Source: Gammaproteobacteria bacterium
Lineage (GTDB): Bacteria; Pseudomonadota; Gammaproteobacteria; JAUZRS01
DNA: 52,209 nucleotides
NCBI GenBank assembly: GCA_030950195.1
Contig: JAUZRS010000251.1
Coordinates: 1 to 52,209 of the forward strand
Reading direction: 5' to 3'
Shown here in pieces: positions 34,854 to 44,535 of this stretch. Made by a program: the position numbers and the translations under genes. The notes beneath the pieces are model-generated. The model searched no databases, was not told the origin of the DNA, and worked only from the letters and a program-made list of their open reading frames with translations. Every line of letters starts with the position of its first letter. Position 1 is the first letter of the stretch.

Positions 34854-35566
34854 AATTTTTCTCCCTCAAGCTCCACGGACAAAAAGTTCTCACCTTCTAC
34901 GAACTCTTTTGGCAACATCGTACGAACAAAACGACTCACTGTACATTCCTCAGGGCGAGGAAATTCCAAAATTCCCTTTTTTAAAGTAGAACTCCAAAAA
35001 CGGCTGTGCAGTTCATTTTTACCCGTCTCATCTGGGTAATCAAAACCATGAAACATCAAACCAAAACCCAGCTCATCAATATCATCATAAGCACCGACTC
35101 CCTCACCAAATTCACATGGCTCAACGTAGGCCTGACAGTCACGAGTTCCCAGAAAAATATCCTGCCTGCCACCCCGTTCGATTGATCGTTTCGCAATGGA
35201 AAAGTGCTTGCCGTCAATATGATCCTTGGCCAATTCAGGTCGGTGTTCGTTCCATTCAAAATGCGCTTCGACCTGATACTCCACCTCATGCAAAAAGGTA
35301 TAAATGGCCAAACTGTTACCACCACTCCAGACCAACGGTTTGACACCCTTAGTCTGTGTTCGCAACGTTTTAATCACCCTCACCTTATCCACATACCAAA
35401 TAAAAGAAGGCTTCCAATAAATTGATTTTAAAACACCTTTTATGGCTTCATAAGTTGGCAAGTGATAGGAGCATTTTTCACCACCTATTTTTGTCACTGG
35501 ATCAGTAAACAGGGCATAACGCCCATGCACCTTGAAACTGACACTATTCTTTGGCGTTGCATACAT
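34850..35566 (-). CDS. cas5: Cas5c (Cas5d) pre-crRNA endoribonuclease
   Basis: SFKVHGRYALFTDPVTKIGGEKCSYHLPTYEAIKGVLKSIYWKP is the hallmark Cas5d N terminus. 238 aa. Confidence 0.9.
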   Translation of the reverse strand: MYATPKNSVSFKVHGRYALFTDPVTKIGGEKCSYHLPTYEAIKGVLKSIYWKPSFIWYVDKVRVIKTLRTQTKGVKPLVWSGGNSLAIYTFLHEVEYQVEAHFEWNEHRPELAKDHIDGKHFSIAKRSIERGGRQDIFLGTRDCQAYVEPCEFGEGVGAYDDIDELGFGLMFHGFDYPDETGKNELHSRFWSSTLKKGILEFPRPEECTVSRFVRTMLPKEFVEGENFLSVELEGEKL

Positions 35567-35578
35567 TCGGTTTTCTCC

Positions 35579-37993
35579 TTAAAAAACATGTGCTGTCATT
35601 TGACAACAGGGTTTATCAGACAAGCCAAATTCATTACTGTAATATTGCTCATCCAGACAGTAGATCTCTTCATCAGGCTGTATTTCATACACCGCTTTTT
35701 CTTGCTGTAATCGCTTCAACACATTCGGAAAAACATTGACACTGTATTGCTGCGCCTGCTTCAGCAAGTTACGATACCTTTTTATATCAAACTCTTTCGC
35801 CACACGCCCCAACTCAGCAATAATATTTTTCCCCTCATTACCATACGGAACAATGATCGCTTGTGTGGGCGAGTCAATCGCCTTGAATATCTTGCCAGCG
35901 GTCATAAAAGAGTGTTGCAGCAGAATAGATTTTTTATTTTGGCCAACATTCCGCGTATTCTCGCTCAATAAATTAAGCAGATCATCATCCCAACCCAACT
36001 GCTTGGCTGAAACAGGGTAACTCATCTCCTTAGCTCGATCATGAAAGTAATATTTAAAATACTGACCGATGGCCTCGGGAGCAAGCAAATTATCAAATCC
36101 TTCTTCCATTACCCGCAAGGCCTTATCTCGACCAACCTTGATTTCTTGCAATAAATCTATTTTTTCTTCATCTGGATTGACAACATGCACTGTCGCGCTT
36201 TTGAGTAAACCATTTCTATTGCAGCGCCCAGCGGCTTGCGCTATGGAATCCAATCCAGCCAGAAACCGAATCACTGAAGAAAAATCCACATCGACACCCG
36301 CTTCAATTAATTGGGTACTGATACAGATAACGGGTTGATTGCTCTTCAATCTCACCTTAATTTTTTTAAATATGACTTTACGGTGTGCAGGACAGAGACT
36401 GGTACTCAACTGAAAAATTGAATTTTCATCAACATCAGGATCCGTCTCTATCTCAAGGTACAGTTGTTGCGCCCAAGATTTGGTATTAACAATCACCAGA
36501 CAACTACCGAGTTTTTTAAATTCCGCCAAGGCAAGCTCTGAAATTTGAGCCGTTGTCCAGCCTTCAGGACGAACTTTGTTGCTCAAAGTCACACGATTTA
36601 AATCTGCAAACAATTTAGGTACATTGTTAACCAACTCATTTTCAGGCGGTAGCAGCAATTGCCCTTTCTCTGGAGAATGAAGTTTATCGAGCAACGGCTG
36701 CGTCGCGGTACAAAGTAGCGCAGTCGTTTTACAATGATCACTAAGGAAATTTAGCGCGTTGCAAAACAGGTGGACGCAATTTATTGGCAAAGTCTGAATC
36801 TCGTCAAAGATCAACACGCTGTTGGCCAGTTGGTGCATTTTTCTTGCGCCTCGTGTACCACCTGAAAACAGCACCTCAAGAAACTGCACCATCGTTGTCA
36901 TCACAATGGGTGCATCCCAATTCTCACTCACCAACTTGCTATGCCAACTCTGCTGTTCTGGCTCCAGATTCGAATGCTGTTCCAGAACCCACGGGGTTTC
37001 ATCCCTTGAATCTTCAATAACCGCTCTAATAGCCTCTGCGTTCTGTTCAATAATAGAGGTAAAGGGAATAATATAAATAATCCGATCCAGTTTATGCTGC
37101 TGAACATGATGCAGTGCGTAACGCAAGCTGGCGTAGGTTTTTCCTCCGCCAGTGGGAACAGTGAGGGTATAAATTCCCTGCGCATCTAACGCTCGCGCAC
37201 GGCACGTCTCTGAAATCTCTCTTCGCAATAGATCAATCGGCTTATCGCCATTGAATTTTTTATTAGCCCGCTCAAAACGTTCAATAGCAATAGTCCAAGC
37301 GGGTCTATTATTTCTATAAGGTTCATTCTCAGGAAATTCAAAGTCTGCGCTGTTCATACGGTCGGCATCAATCAAACAACTGAATAACAGACGGCTAAAA
37401 AAACCCACATTAAATGCTCGAATGGATTTATTAGGCGCTTGACCAACGACCTTGAGCCGCCGCCATACGCATTGAATCAACTCTTTTCCCACTAATGCCT
37501 GAATCTTTTCAAGGTACTCTTCTGGCGCGCTCTCCAATGCTTCATTTTTATGGGTTTTATGATCCGACTTTTCCATTCTTTTTGAGAAGCTATTCTTGCC
37601 GTCTGGCTTGAGACAATCAATCAAACCACTGTGGTGTGACGCAATACAAAGAGACAAAATTTGACCAACCAACTGCCCTTGTAGCCCCCACTTTTGGCAG
37701 CTCTCCCAAACCCATTGAGCACCGGCACTGGAATGATCAATCTTTCCCTTTAAACCTTTAAAATCAACAAAATCATCCTCATCTGGATTAATCAGGCCTG
37801 TCGCAGATGCTAAATATGTCTGAAATTCTGCACTGTATTTTCCAAAATCATGTAATAAACCAATGACTTCACCCGCATCACCTAGTCCTATTTTTTCTGC
37901 ACAACGTGCAGTCAAACAGCCCACTTCGTTCAAGTGATCAATCAGATTTTGCTTATCCCCATTTTTTTTCACATGAGCAATGTGGTTATTCAT
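35579..37993 (-). CDS. cas3: Cas3 HD nuclease / SF2 helicase
   Basis: HD motif LLHDFGKYSAEFQ. Helicase motif I VPTGGGKT and motif II IFDEIQ. 804 aa. First gene of the operon. Confidence 0.9.
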   Translation of the reverse strand: MNNHIAHVKKNGDKQNLIDHLNEVGCLTARCAEKIGLGDAGEVIGLLHDFGKYSAEFQTYLASATGLINPDEDDFVDFKGLKGKIDHSSAGAQWVWESCQKWGLQGQLVGQILSLCIASHHSGLIDCLKPDGKNSFSKRMEKSDHKTHKNEALESAPEEYLEKIQALVGKELIQCVWRRLKVVGQAPNKSIRAFNVGFFSRLLFSCLIDADRMNSADFEFPENEPYRNNRPAWTIAIERFERANKKFNGDKPIDLLRREISETCRARALDAQGIYTLTVPTGGGKTYASLRYALHHVQQHKLDRIIYIIPFTSIIEQNAEAIRAVIEDSRDETPWVLEQHSNLEPEQQSWHSKLVSENWDAPIVMTTMVQFLEVLFSGGTRGARKMHQLANSVLIFDEIQTLPINCVHLFCNALNFLSDHCKTTALLCTATQPLLDKLHSPEKGQLLLPPENELVNNVPKLFADLNRVTLSNKVRPEGWTTAQISELALAEFKKLGSCLVIVNTKSWAQQLYLEIETDPDVDENSIFQLSTSLCPAHRKVIFKKIKVRLKSNQPVICISTQLIEAGVDVDFSSVIRFLAGLDSIAQAAGRCNRNGLLKSATVHVVNPDEEKIDLLQEIKVGRDKALRVMEEGFDNLLAPEAIGQYFKYYFHDRAKEMSYPVSAKQLGWDDDLLNLLSENTRNVGQNKKSILLQHSFMTAGKIFKAIDSPTQAIIVPYGNEGKNIIAELGRVAKEFDIKRYRNLLKQAQQYSVNVFPNVLKRLQQEKAVYEIQPDEEIYCLDEQYYSNEFGLSDKPCCQMTAHVF

Positions 37994-38167
37994 GACATGT
38001 CTCAGTATTTTAAGGAGTAAGAAACCATAACATGAAACAAGTCTCTAAATAAGAATTTAAACACTATTAACCCCATCGTCTTGAATAAGATTCACATCAG
38101 ATAAGCCCTATTTTGTGGATCACAGTCACAACAGTGGCAGATCAAACCTTCCCCCTGCTTCAGCCTC

Positions 38168-38195
38168 GATGTCCGATGTCCGATGTCCGATGTTT
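38168..38195 (+). repeat. Heptanucleotide tandem repeat (GATGTCC)x3 plus GATGTTT
   Basis: Read directly: GATGTCCGATGTCCGATGTCCGATGTTT. Each unit carries an ATG, so successive ATGs fall in all three frames. Confidence 0.9.
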
Positions 38196-38253
38196 TATTC
38201 TGCTGTTGATTTGGCTAGAATGGCGCGCAATTACAACCATAAGGCATCAAACC

Positions 38254-39603
38254 GTGTCAGATCCTGTTCCAGATACAACTGCACCGCCCTCCCCAGTCAC
38301 CTTTTGGCAGTCGTTTCTCTACTGGCTGAAACTGGGTTTTATCAGTTTTGGTGGGCCTGCCGGTCAGATCAGCATGATGCACCAAGAGTTGGTGGAGAAA
38401 CGGTGCTGGATCTCTGAGCGGCGTTTTTTACACGCGCTGAACTACACCATGGTTTTACCCGGCCCCGAAGCGCAGCAGTTGGCAACCTACATCGGTTGGT
38501 TGATGCACGGCGTGGGGGGTGGCATCGCCGCTGGGGTGCTGTTTGTTTTACCCTCACTGTTTATTCTCAGCGCCTTGACGTGGGTCTATCTGGTTTACGG
38601 TGATGTCGCTGCCGTAGCGGGTATTTTGTATGGCATTAAACCCGCCGTGACGGCGATTGTGCTCTTTGCCGCCTATCGTATCGGTTCACGCGCTTTGAAA
38701 AACAATCTGCTGCGCGGCATGGCGCTGTTGGCCTTTATTGCTATTTTTGCCTTCTCTATTCCTTTTCCCTACATCGTTTTAAGTGCAGGATTAATGGGCT
38801 ATTTCGGTTCCCGTTTCGCGCCAGAACAGTTTCAAGTGGGCGGCCATCACGGTGCCTCAAACGACACTTTTGGCGCGGCTTTAATTGATGACAACACCCC
38901 CATTCCCGCACACGCTAAATTTAAAACCAGCCGCTTTCTGACCTTTTTATTGGTGGGTCTGCTGATTGCTGCCAGTGTCATGATTTTATTAATCCTGAAC
39001 TACGGCTGGCAAGGCACACTGACCCAGATGGGCTGGTTTTTTAGCAAAGCGGCCTTAGTGACCTTTGGCGGTGCTTACGCGGTGTTACCCTACGTTTACC
39101 AAGGCGGTGTTGAGCAGTACGCCTGGCTGACGGGCACCCAGATGATTGACGGTTTGGCTTTGGGTGAAACCACCCCAGGGCCACTGATTATGGTGGTGGC
39201 TTTTGTCGGTTTTGTCGGCGCATGGACAAAAGAAATTTTTGGCCCAGAGATGCTGTTAATGGCAGGACTGGCCGGTGCAAGCGTTGCCACGCTGTTTACC
39301 TTTTTACCGTCCTTTTTGTTTATTCTGCTCGGCGGCCCCTTGGTTGAAGCCACCCGTGGTGATCTGAAATTCACCGCTCCCCTAACGGGCATCACCGCAG
39401 CGGTGGTGGGAGTGATTCTTAATTTGGCCGCCTTTTTTGCTTACCATGTACTTTGGCCAGCAGGCTTTGAGGGTTCCTTTGAATGGGTTTCTGCCTTAAT
39501 TGGTCTGGCGGCAGCCGTGGCGCTGTTTCGCTTTAAGCTCGGCATTGTCACGGTCATCGCCGCTGCGGCGCTGTTGGGTTTGCTCTATTCCGTTCTGGCT
39601 TAA
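38254..39603 (+). CDS. chrA: Chromate transporter ChrA (two fused CHR domains)
   Basis: FLYWLKLGFISFGGPAGQISMMH and a second AALVTFGGAYAVLPY motif. Polytopic. The start is uncertain: GTG 38254 has an AAGG RBS, and in-frame ATG 38176 lies inside the heptamer repeat. Confidence 0.8.
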   Translation: MSDPVPDTTAPPSPVTFWQSFLYWLKLGFISFGGPAGQISMMHQELVEKRCWISERRFLHALNYTMVLPGPEAQQLATYIGWLMHGVGGGIAAGVLFVLPSLFILSALTWVYLVYGDVAAVAGILYGIKPAVTAIVLFAAYRIGSRALKNNLLRGMALLAFIAIFAFSIPFPYIVLSAGLMGYFGSRFAPEQFQVGGHHGASNDTFGAALIDDNTPIPAHAKFKTSRFLTFLLVGLLIAASVMILLILNYGWQGTLTQMGWFFSKAALVTFGGAYAVLPYVYQGGVEQYAWLTGTQMIDGLALGETTPGPLIMVVAFVGFVGAWTKEIFGPEMLLMAGLAGASVATLFTFLPSFLFILLGGPLVEATRGDLKFTAPLTGITAAVVGVILNLAAFFAYHVLWPAGFEGSFEWVSALIGLAAAVALFRFKLGIVTVIAAAALLGLLYSVLA

Positions 39604-39615
39604 AAATGCCTTATT

Positions 39616-41001
39616 TCAGCATTCAATAATATTCACCGCCAGCCCACCCAAAGAGGTCTCTTTAAACTTCACCGACATCTCCATCCCCGTCTGTTTCATC
39701 GCCGCAATGCAGTCGTCTAAGGTCACCAGATGCTGACCGCTGCCCCGCATCGCCAAGGAGGCAGCGGTGTAGGCTTTAATCGCACCAAAACCATTGCGCT
39801 CAATGCACGGCACTTGCACCAAACCTTTAACCGGATCACAGGTCATGCCGAGGTGATGTTCAAGAGCCATTTCTGCCGCATTTTCAATCTGCTCTGTGCT
39901 GCCACCCCGCACCGCACACAACCCCGCCGCTGCCATTGAGGCCGCCACCCCCACCTCTCCTTGACAGCCCACTTCCGCACCGGAAATAGAACCGTTGTGT
40001 TTAATCAAACCGCCGATGGCCGCAGCGGTTAATAAAAACGTTCTAACCTGCTCTGCTGTACCCGCTTCATGCAAGATAAAATAATATAAAATGGCCGGTA
40101 TCACCCCCGCTGCACCGTTGGTTGGTGCGGTCACCACTCTGTGTCCGGTGGCATTTTCTTCATTAACAGCCATCGCATAGGCACACAACCAATCGTTGGC
40201 ATTCACCCTATTAGAATGAGTATCAGCCAATAACTGTTGATGCAAATCCTTAGCACGACGCGGTAAATTCAACCCACCTGGCAACAGCCCCTCCGCAAGC
40301 AAACCACTTTTAAGGCAATGCAACATAGAGGACCAGATTGCGTCAAGACCTTGATTCAACACCTCATTGGAACAGCGTTGCAGTTCATTACAGCGTTTCA
40401 TTTCGGCAATGGAACGTTGACTGTCGGCGGACATTTCCAACATCAGGCGTGCTGAAGAAAAACCATACACAGCCGCCGCCTTTTTTGTTTCCTGCGCTGA
40501 AATCGACTGATTCATTTCTGCACGTGTACTGATAAAACCACCACCAAGAGAAAAATACGTTTCTGCAAGCAGCGTTTTTCCATTCTGATCCAACAGCTCA
40601 AAAATCATTCCATTGGGGTGTTCTGACAGTGCCTCGCCTTGATCAAAAATAATGTCCTGTTCGGGATTAAACAAAACCCTGTGATCCTGATCCAGCTCAA
40701 TAGAAGAGTCGCACCAGACACGGCTCACAATCGCATCCAAGCCCTCTTGCGCCACATCCTCCGGCAAATAGCCGTGCAGCCCCAAGGCCACGGCACGATC
40801 CGTCGCATGTCCTTTGCCGGTAAAAGAGAGCGACCCTTTAAGGGTGCAGCGAAGGGAGCTGTCGGGGGAAGAGGGCTGAGCAACGAACAAGTGCTGTTTA
40901 ACCCGCTGCACAAACGCTTGCGCCGCCAACATTGGCCCCATCGTATGCGAGCTTGAAGGACCGATGCCAATTTTAAACAACTCAAGAACACTGATAAACA
41001 T
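39616..41001 (-). CDS. sdaA: L-serine ammonia-lyase (Fe-S dependent, single chain)
   Basis: [25 protein letters not shown] terminus and 461 aa length are diagnostic. Confidence 0.9.
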   Translation of the reverse strand: MFISVLELFKIGIGPSSSHTMGPMLAAQAFVQRVKQHLFVAQPSSPDSSLRCTLKGSLSFTGKGHATDRAVALGLHGYLPEDVAQEGLDAIVSRVWCDSSIELDQDHRVLFNPEQDIIFDQGEALSEHPNGMIFELLDQNGKTLLAETYFSLGGGFISTRAEMNQSISAQETKKAAAVYGFSSARLMLEMSADSQRSIAEMKRCNELQRCSNEVLNQGLDAIWSSMLHCLKSGLLAEGLLPGGLNLPRRAKDLHQQLLADTHSNRVNANDWLCAYAMAVNEENATGHRVVTAPTNGAAGVIPAILYYFILHEAGTAEQVRTFLLTAAAIGGLIKHNGSISGAEVGCQGEVGVAASMAAAGLCAVRGGSTEQIENAAEMALEHHLGMTCDPVKGLVQVPCIERNGFGAIKAYTAASLAMRGSGQHLVTLDDCIAAMKQTGMEMSVKFKETSLGGLAVNIIEC

Positions 41002-41045
41002 ACTGCAATCCTTTATTTTTTAGCTAAAGCCTATTTACATTAATT

Positions 41046-41957
41046 TTACGCACCGCTGCAAGCCAGAAAACGTTGATACAAGCCCATAATCTGCTCAGCC
41101 ACGCTCTCATTGCCCGCATACAATAACCCACGATGATTCATAAACGTCGTAGTCAAACGATTCAACGCCAACGGCTGCCCTTCAATGTCCACTGCCACCG
41201 CACCGACCTCATGAAACAGGCAGGCAGTGGCGGCGTAATCCCACAGACTGCCCCCGCTGGCACCCTCTCGTGGATATTTAAAATAACAGTGATTCGGCGT
41301 TTCCAACAAATGGCACGCATTCATCACCGCACCGATACGAAAATGAATTTCAGCCCCCGGCAAATCCAAAACATCTGCAATGGCCTCTAAACCCGTTTGT
41401 GTCTGCTGCAACCACCGATGCTGCTGAAAACTGAAATCGGTGGTTAACACCAAAGGCTGAGCCTGATCCAATTTAGGCCGCTGCATTAAACAGCCGTTTT
41501 TATACGCTCCCTGACCCCGAACGGCGCTGAAAAGCGTTTCGGTTACAGGATCAAAGACCACCCCAATCAATGGGGTGCCATTTTGTGCCACCAGCGCAAT
41601 GGAGACCGAAAAACCGGCCTCCTGCTTCACAAAAGCCAAAGTGCCGTCCATAGGATCAATGCACCAAAAAGCCGCTTTCTGATGACGCTCGCCATCGTCA
41701 CGGGACTCCTCGGCCAACAGAGCTAAATCGTATGACAAGCAACTGGGCTGTAAAATGGCCAGAATGGCCGCTTGAGCTGTGTGATCCACTTCGGTCACGA
41801 TCTGCGACGCGGCACTGCTGCCGACGTTTTTTTGCTGGATGTGAAACGAGCTGTGACGATGAGCGTTGATAATCGCCCCTGCGGCAAGGGCGGCTTTAAT
41901 CGCCCGTTGTTTTAATTCATTTAACTGTTGAACGTTAAAATTCAACTGTTTTCCCAA
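41046..41957 (-). CDS. Inositol monophosphatase / CysQ-family phosphatase
   Basis: Motifs LLAEES and WCIDPMDGT. The start is uncertain because it overlaps the vapC 3' end by 16 nt. Confidence 0.75.
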   Translation of the reverse strand: MGKQLNFNVQQLNELKQRAIKAALAAGAIINAHRHSSFHIQQKNVGSSAASQIVTEVDHTAQAAILAILQPSCLSYDLALLAEESRDDGERHQKAAFWCIDPMDGTLAFVKQEAGFSVSIALVAQNGTPLIGVVFDPVTETLFSAVRGQGAYKNGCLMQRPKLDQAQPLVLTTDFSFQQHRWLQQTQTGLEAIADVLDLPGAEIHFRIGAVMNACHLLETPNHCYFKYPREGASGGSLWDYAATACLFHEVGAVAVDIEGQPLALNRLTTTFMNHRGLLYAGNESVAEQIMGLYQRFLACSGA

Positions 41958-42367
41958 GGATTATAAAGCTCTACTGAACTCTGCTGCATATCTGAAATAT
42001 TGCGCGTCACCACCACACAGTGATTGATTAAACCCGTCACCGCAATCAAACCATCAATGGCAGGCAACGGCTTACCCACGATCTCTGAAGCACCCTGTAT
42101 TTCACCCCACTTTGATGCAACACGCAAATCAATGGGTAAAACTCGTCCCTTGAAACGCTGTTTTAAATCATTCTCAAGCCATAATCTCAAACGGTTTTTT
42201 CTAATTTCATCAGATGATTTTTTTATGCCTTTCTCAATTTCACCAAAGGTGAGTACACTCAGATAAAGTGCTGACTCATCCTGTTTTTGCAACCATTGAA
42301 TCACGCTTTTATTTGGCTTTGGCCTAATCACCTCAGAAATAACACAGGTATCCAACAAATATTTCAC
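41942..42367 (-). CDS. vapC: PIN-domain toxin (VapC/FitB-like)
   Basis: MKYLLDTCVISE start carries the first acidic PIN residue. 141 aa. 4-nt overlap with the upstream antitoxin gene. Confidence 0.85.
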   Translation of the reverse strand: MKYLLDTCVISEVIRPKPNKSVIQWLQKQDESALYLSVLTFGEIEKGIKKSSDEIRKNRLRLWLENDLKQRFKGRVLPIDLRVASKWGEIQGASEIVGKPLPAIDGLIAVTGLINHCVVVTRNISDMQQSSVELYNPWENS

Positions 42368-42627
42368 AAGTCTGTTTCTCTTGGTTTTGCCTTATCTCTG
42401 TCTAGGTCAAATTCCACCTCGGCAAGAGGTGAATCACGCAAAAAGGCCACCAAATCTGTTTTAGGTTGAGTAATTTTTATGTACTCTTCAAACGATAAAA
42501 CCACCACCGCTTTATCACCGTGTTTTGTCACAATTTGCGGTTCCTTATGCATCGCGTCAGAAACCAACTGACCAAAATGACTTTTTGCTTCCTGTAACTG
42601 CCAAGTATTGTCTTTCATGATTCCCAC
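42364..42627 (-). CDS. Phd/YefM-family antitoxin
   Basis: WQLQEAKSHFGQLVSDA...PQIVTKHGDKAVVVLSFEEY is the typical Phd/YefM N-terminal domain. The start is either 42627 or 42618. Confidence 0.8.
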   Translation of the reverse strand: MGIMKDNTWQLQEAKSHFGQLVSDAMHKEPQIVTKHGDKAVVVLSFEEYIKITQPKTDLVAFLRDSPLAEVEFDLDRDKAKPRETDL

Positions 42628-42715
42628 CCTAACTATTTAAAACAGTGATGACTAGACACTAAAGCGTGAAACGATACGTGTCAAAAACCCAGCAAGGGCG
42701 GAACATATTCCACCC

Positions 42716-43690
42716 CTACGGCAACGCCGCAACCACCTCTTTGGCCAGTCGTTCGCTGTAACGGTGAATTTTCCAATGATCAGGACTCCAGCCCTTAAGA
42801 AAACGGTAAAAATCCGTCCACGCCACAGAGTAAAGAGGTCGCCAAGCGGCTTCCACCTCATCAGGATTAATCGCGGCTTGATCCGCTAACAGAGCCGTTT
42901 TAAGCGCAGAAAAATAGTGCGCCAATAAAGTCTCTTCCAGACGCTCACATTCCGATTCATTCAGACAACTGCCGATAAAATAAGCCACATCTTTCATGCC
43001 GCAACCACCACCGACGTACTGAAAATCCACTGCGGCCACGCGATCACCTTCAGCGGAAAAACAGAAATTAGCCAATTTGGCATCGCCATGCACAACGGTT
43101 TGAAACGGCGCAGCGGTTAAGAGGCGATCCAGCTCCCCCGCCGCCGCTTTCAGCGCCCCCTCTTCCATGCTGGCCAGCTCATCAGGGCGCGTTTCCAAGT
43201 GCCAATAACAGCCCACCGGCCACAAACCCGCTGGCGTTTCGCCCATAAATTGCGCATGAAAATGGGCTAACCAACTCAGGCAGACACGCATCTCATCCAG
43301 CGTCACTTGATCTTTGCGTTGCGGATAACCGGAGCTGTCCAGATCCTCCAGCACCATCAACCACTCACCCTCATGCTGCTCCAATGCCAGACATTCGGGC
43401 ACACGCGCTGCCTTGCCACAACGAGCCGACCACTGGCGATACCATTCGCTCTCCACTTGGTAGGAGCGTACTTTGCGCTGATGTGAGCGGTCGCTGTTCC
43501 AGCCCCGTGGGTGTTGGCTTTGATCCGGCAAACGAACGTGTTTCACCACCACACTGCTGCGAGATGAACCGATCAAGCCGTAACGGTCAATGCTGCCGTA
43601 ACCGCTCCAGAGGCTTTGAATGGTGCCAGCGTCGAAGAGGTCTGTAGCTTTGGTGGTTTTAAGAATGATTTTATTCAGAGCTATTGACAT
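42716..43690 (-). CDS. Kinase-like phosphotransferase (APH/choline-kinase/EcKL fold)
   Basis: Catalytic-loop motif [13 protein letters not shown] and DFQYVGGG. 324 aa. Substrate unknown. Confidence 0.7.
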   Translation of the reverse strand: MSIALNKIILKTTKATDLFDAGTIQSLWSGYGSIDRYGLIGSSRSSVVVKHVRLPDQSQHPRGWNSDRSHQRKVRSYQVESEWYRQWSARCGKAARVPECLALEQHEGEWLMVLEDLDSSGYPQRKDQVTLDEMRVCLSWLAHFHAQFMGETPAGLWPVGCYWHLETRPDELASMEEGALKAAAGELDRLLTAAPFQTVVHGDAKLANFCFSAEGDRVAAVDFQYVGGGCGMKDVAYFIGSCLNESECERLEETLLAHYFSALKTALLADQAAINPDEVEAAWRPLYSVAWTDFYRFLKGWSPDHWKIHRYSERLAKEVVAALP

Positions 43691-43806
43691 ATTTTATACA
43701 TCAGGAAGAACATCCCAATTATCAACAAAACCACAAACCCGCCAAAAAATCGCTTTATCTGTCATAGTCACTCCTATAAATTTTCTATCCAATTTTATTA
43801 AAAAAC

Positions 43807-44529
43807 TCACTTCACCGCCAACAACGAAACAAAATTCCAACACTGAAACCAAACCTCAACCGATTCAAACCCCACCGCCTGCAACCGCTGTTGATGCTGC
43901 TGCACGGTCTCAGGAATCAAGACATTCTCCAACGCTGAGCGTTTTTGACTGATTTCCAGATCACTGTAACCATTGGCACGTTTAAAGCCGTGGTGCAGAT
44001 CCACAAACCGCTGCTCTTTTTCTGCCGACTCCAGCGCGATTTTCTCCGATAAAATCAACACCCCGCCACGATTCAATCCGGCGTAAATCTCCGCTAACAA
44101 CGCCTCACGCTGCGCCAACTCAATAAATTGCAGGGTAAAATTAAGCACCACCACCGATGCATTTTCAATTTTTAGCTGAGTAATATCGGCACAGCGCAGC
44201 TCGATGTTCTCACTCTCACCAGCACGGCGCAGATGCTCATCGCAACGCGCCAACATCGCCTCGGAGTTGTCCACCGCCACAATGGGCACCTGCGGATTTT
44301 GCCGCCGCAAAGAAAAGCTAACCGCCCCCAAAGAACAGCCCAGATCGTAACAACGGCTGCCTGTTTGGTAAAATTGTGCGCCGATCACGCCGATGTTCTC
44401 CACCAAAGTGAGGTAACCGGGCACCGAACGCTGAATCATATCGGGGAACACCTGCGCCACCGCCGCATCGAAGCTGAACCCCGCCACCTCCGTCAACGGC
44501 TGCTGGTAAATCTGATCTTTAACCTTCAC
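43807..44529 (-). CDS. cmoA: Carboxy-S-adenosyl-L-methionine synthase
   Basis: FSFDAAVAQVFPDMIQRSVPGY and YDLGCSLGA motifs. 240 aa. Confidence 0.85.
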   Translation of the reverse strand: MKVKDQIYQQPLTEVAGFSFDAAVAQVFPDMIQRSVPGYLTLVENIGVIGAQFYQTGSRCYDLGCSLGAVSFSLRRQNPQVPIVAVDNSEAMLARCDEHLRRAGESENIELRCADITQLKIENASVVVLNFTLQFIELAQREALLAEIYAGLNRGGVLILSEKIALESAEKEQRFVDLHHGFKRANGYSDLEISQKRSALENVLIPETVQQHQQRLQAVGFESVEVWFQCWNFVSLLAVK

Positions 44530-44535
44530 CGCCGC

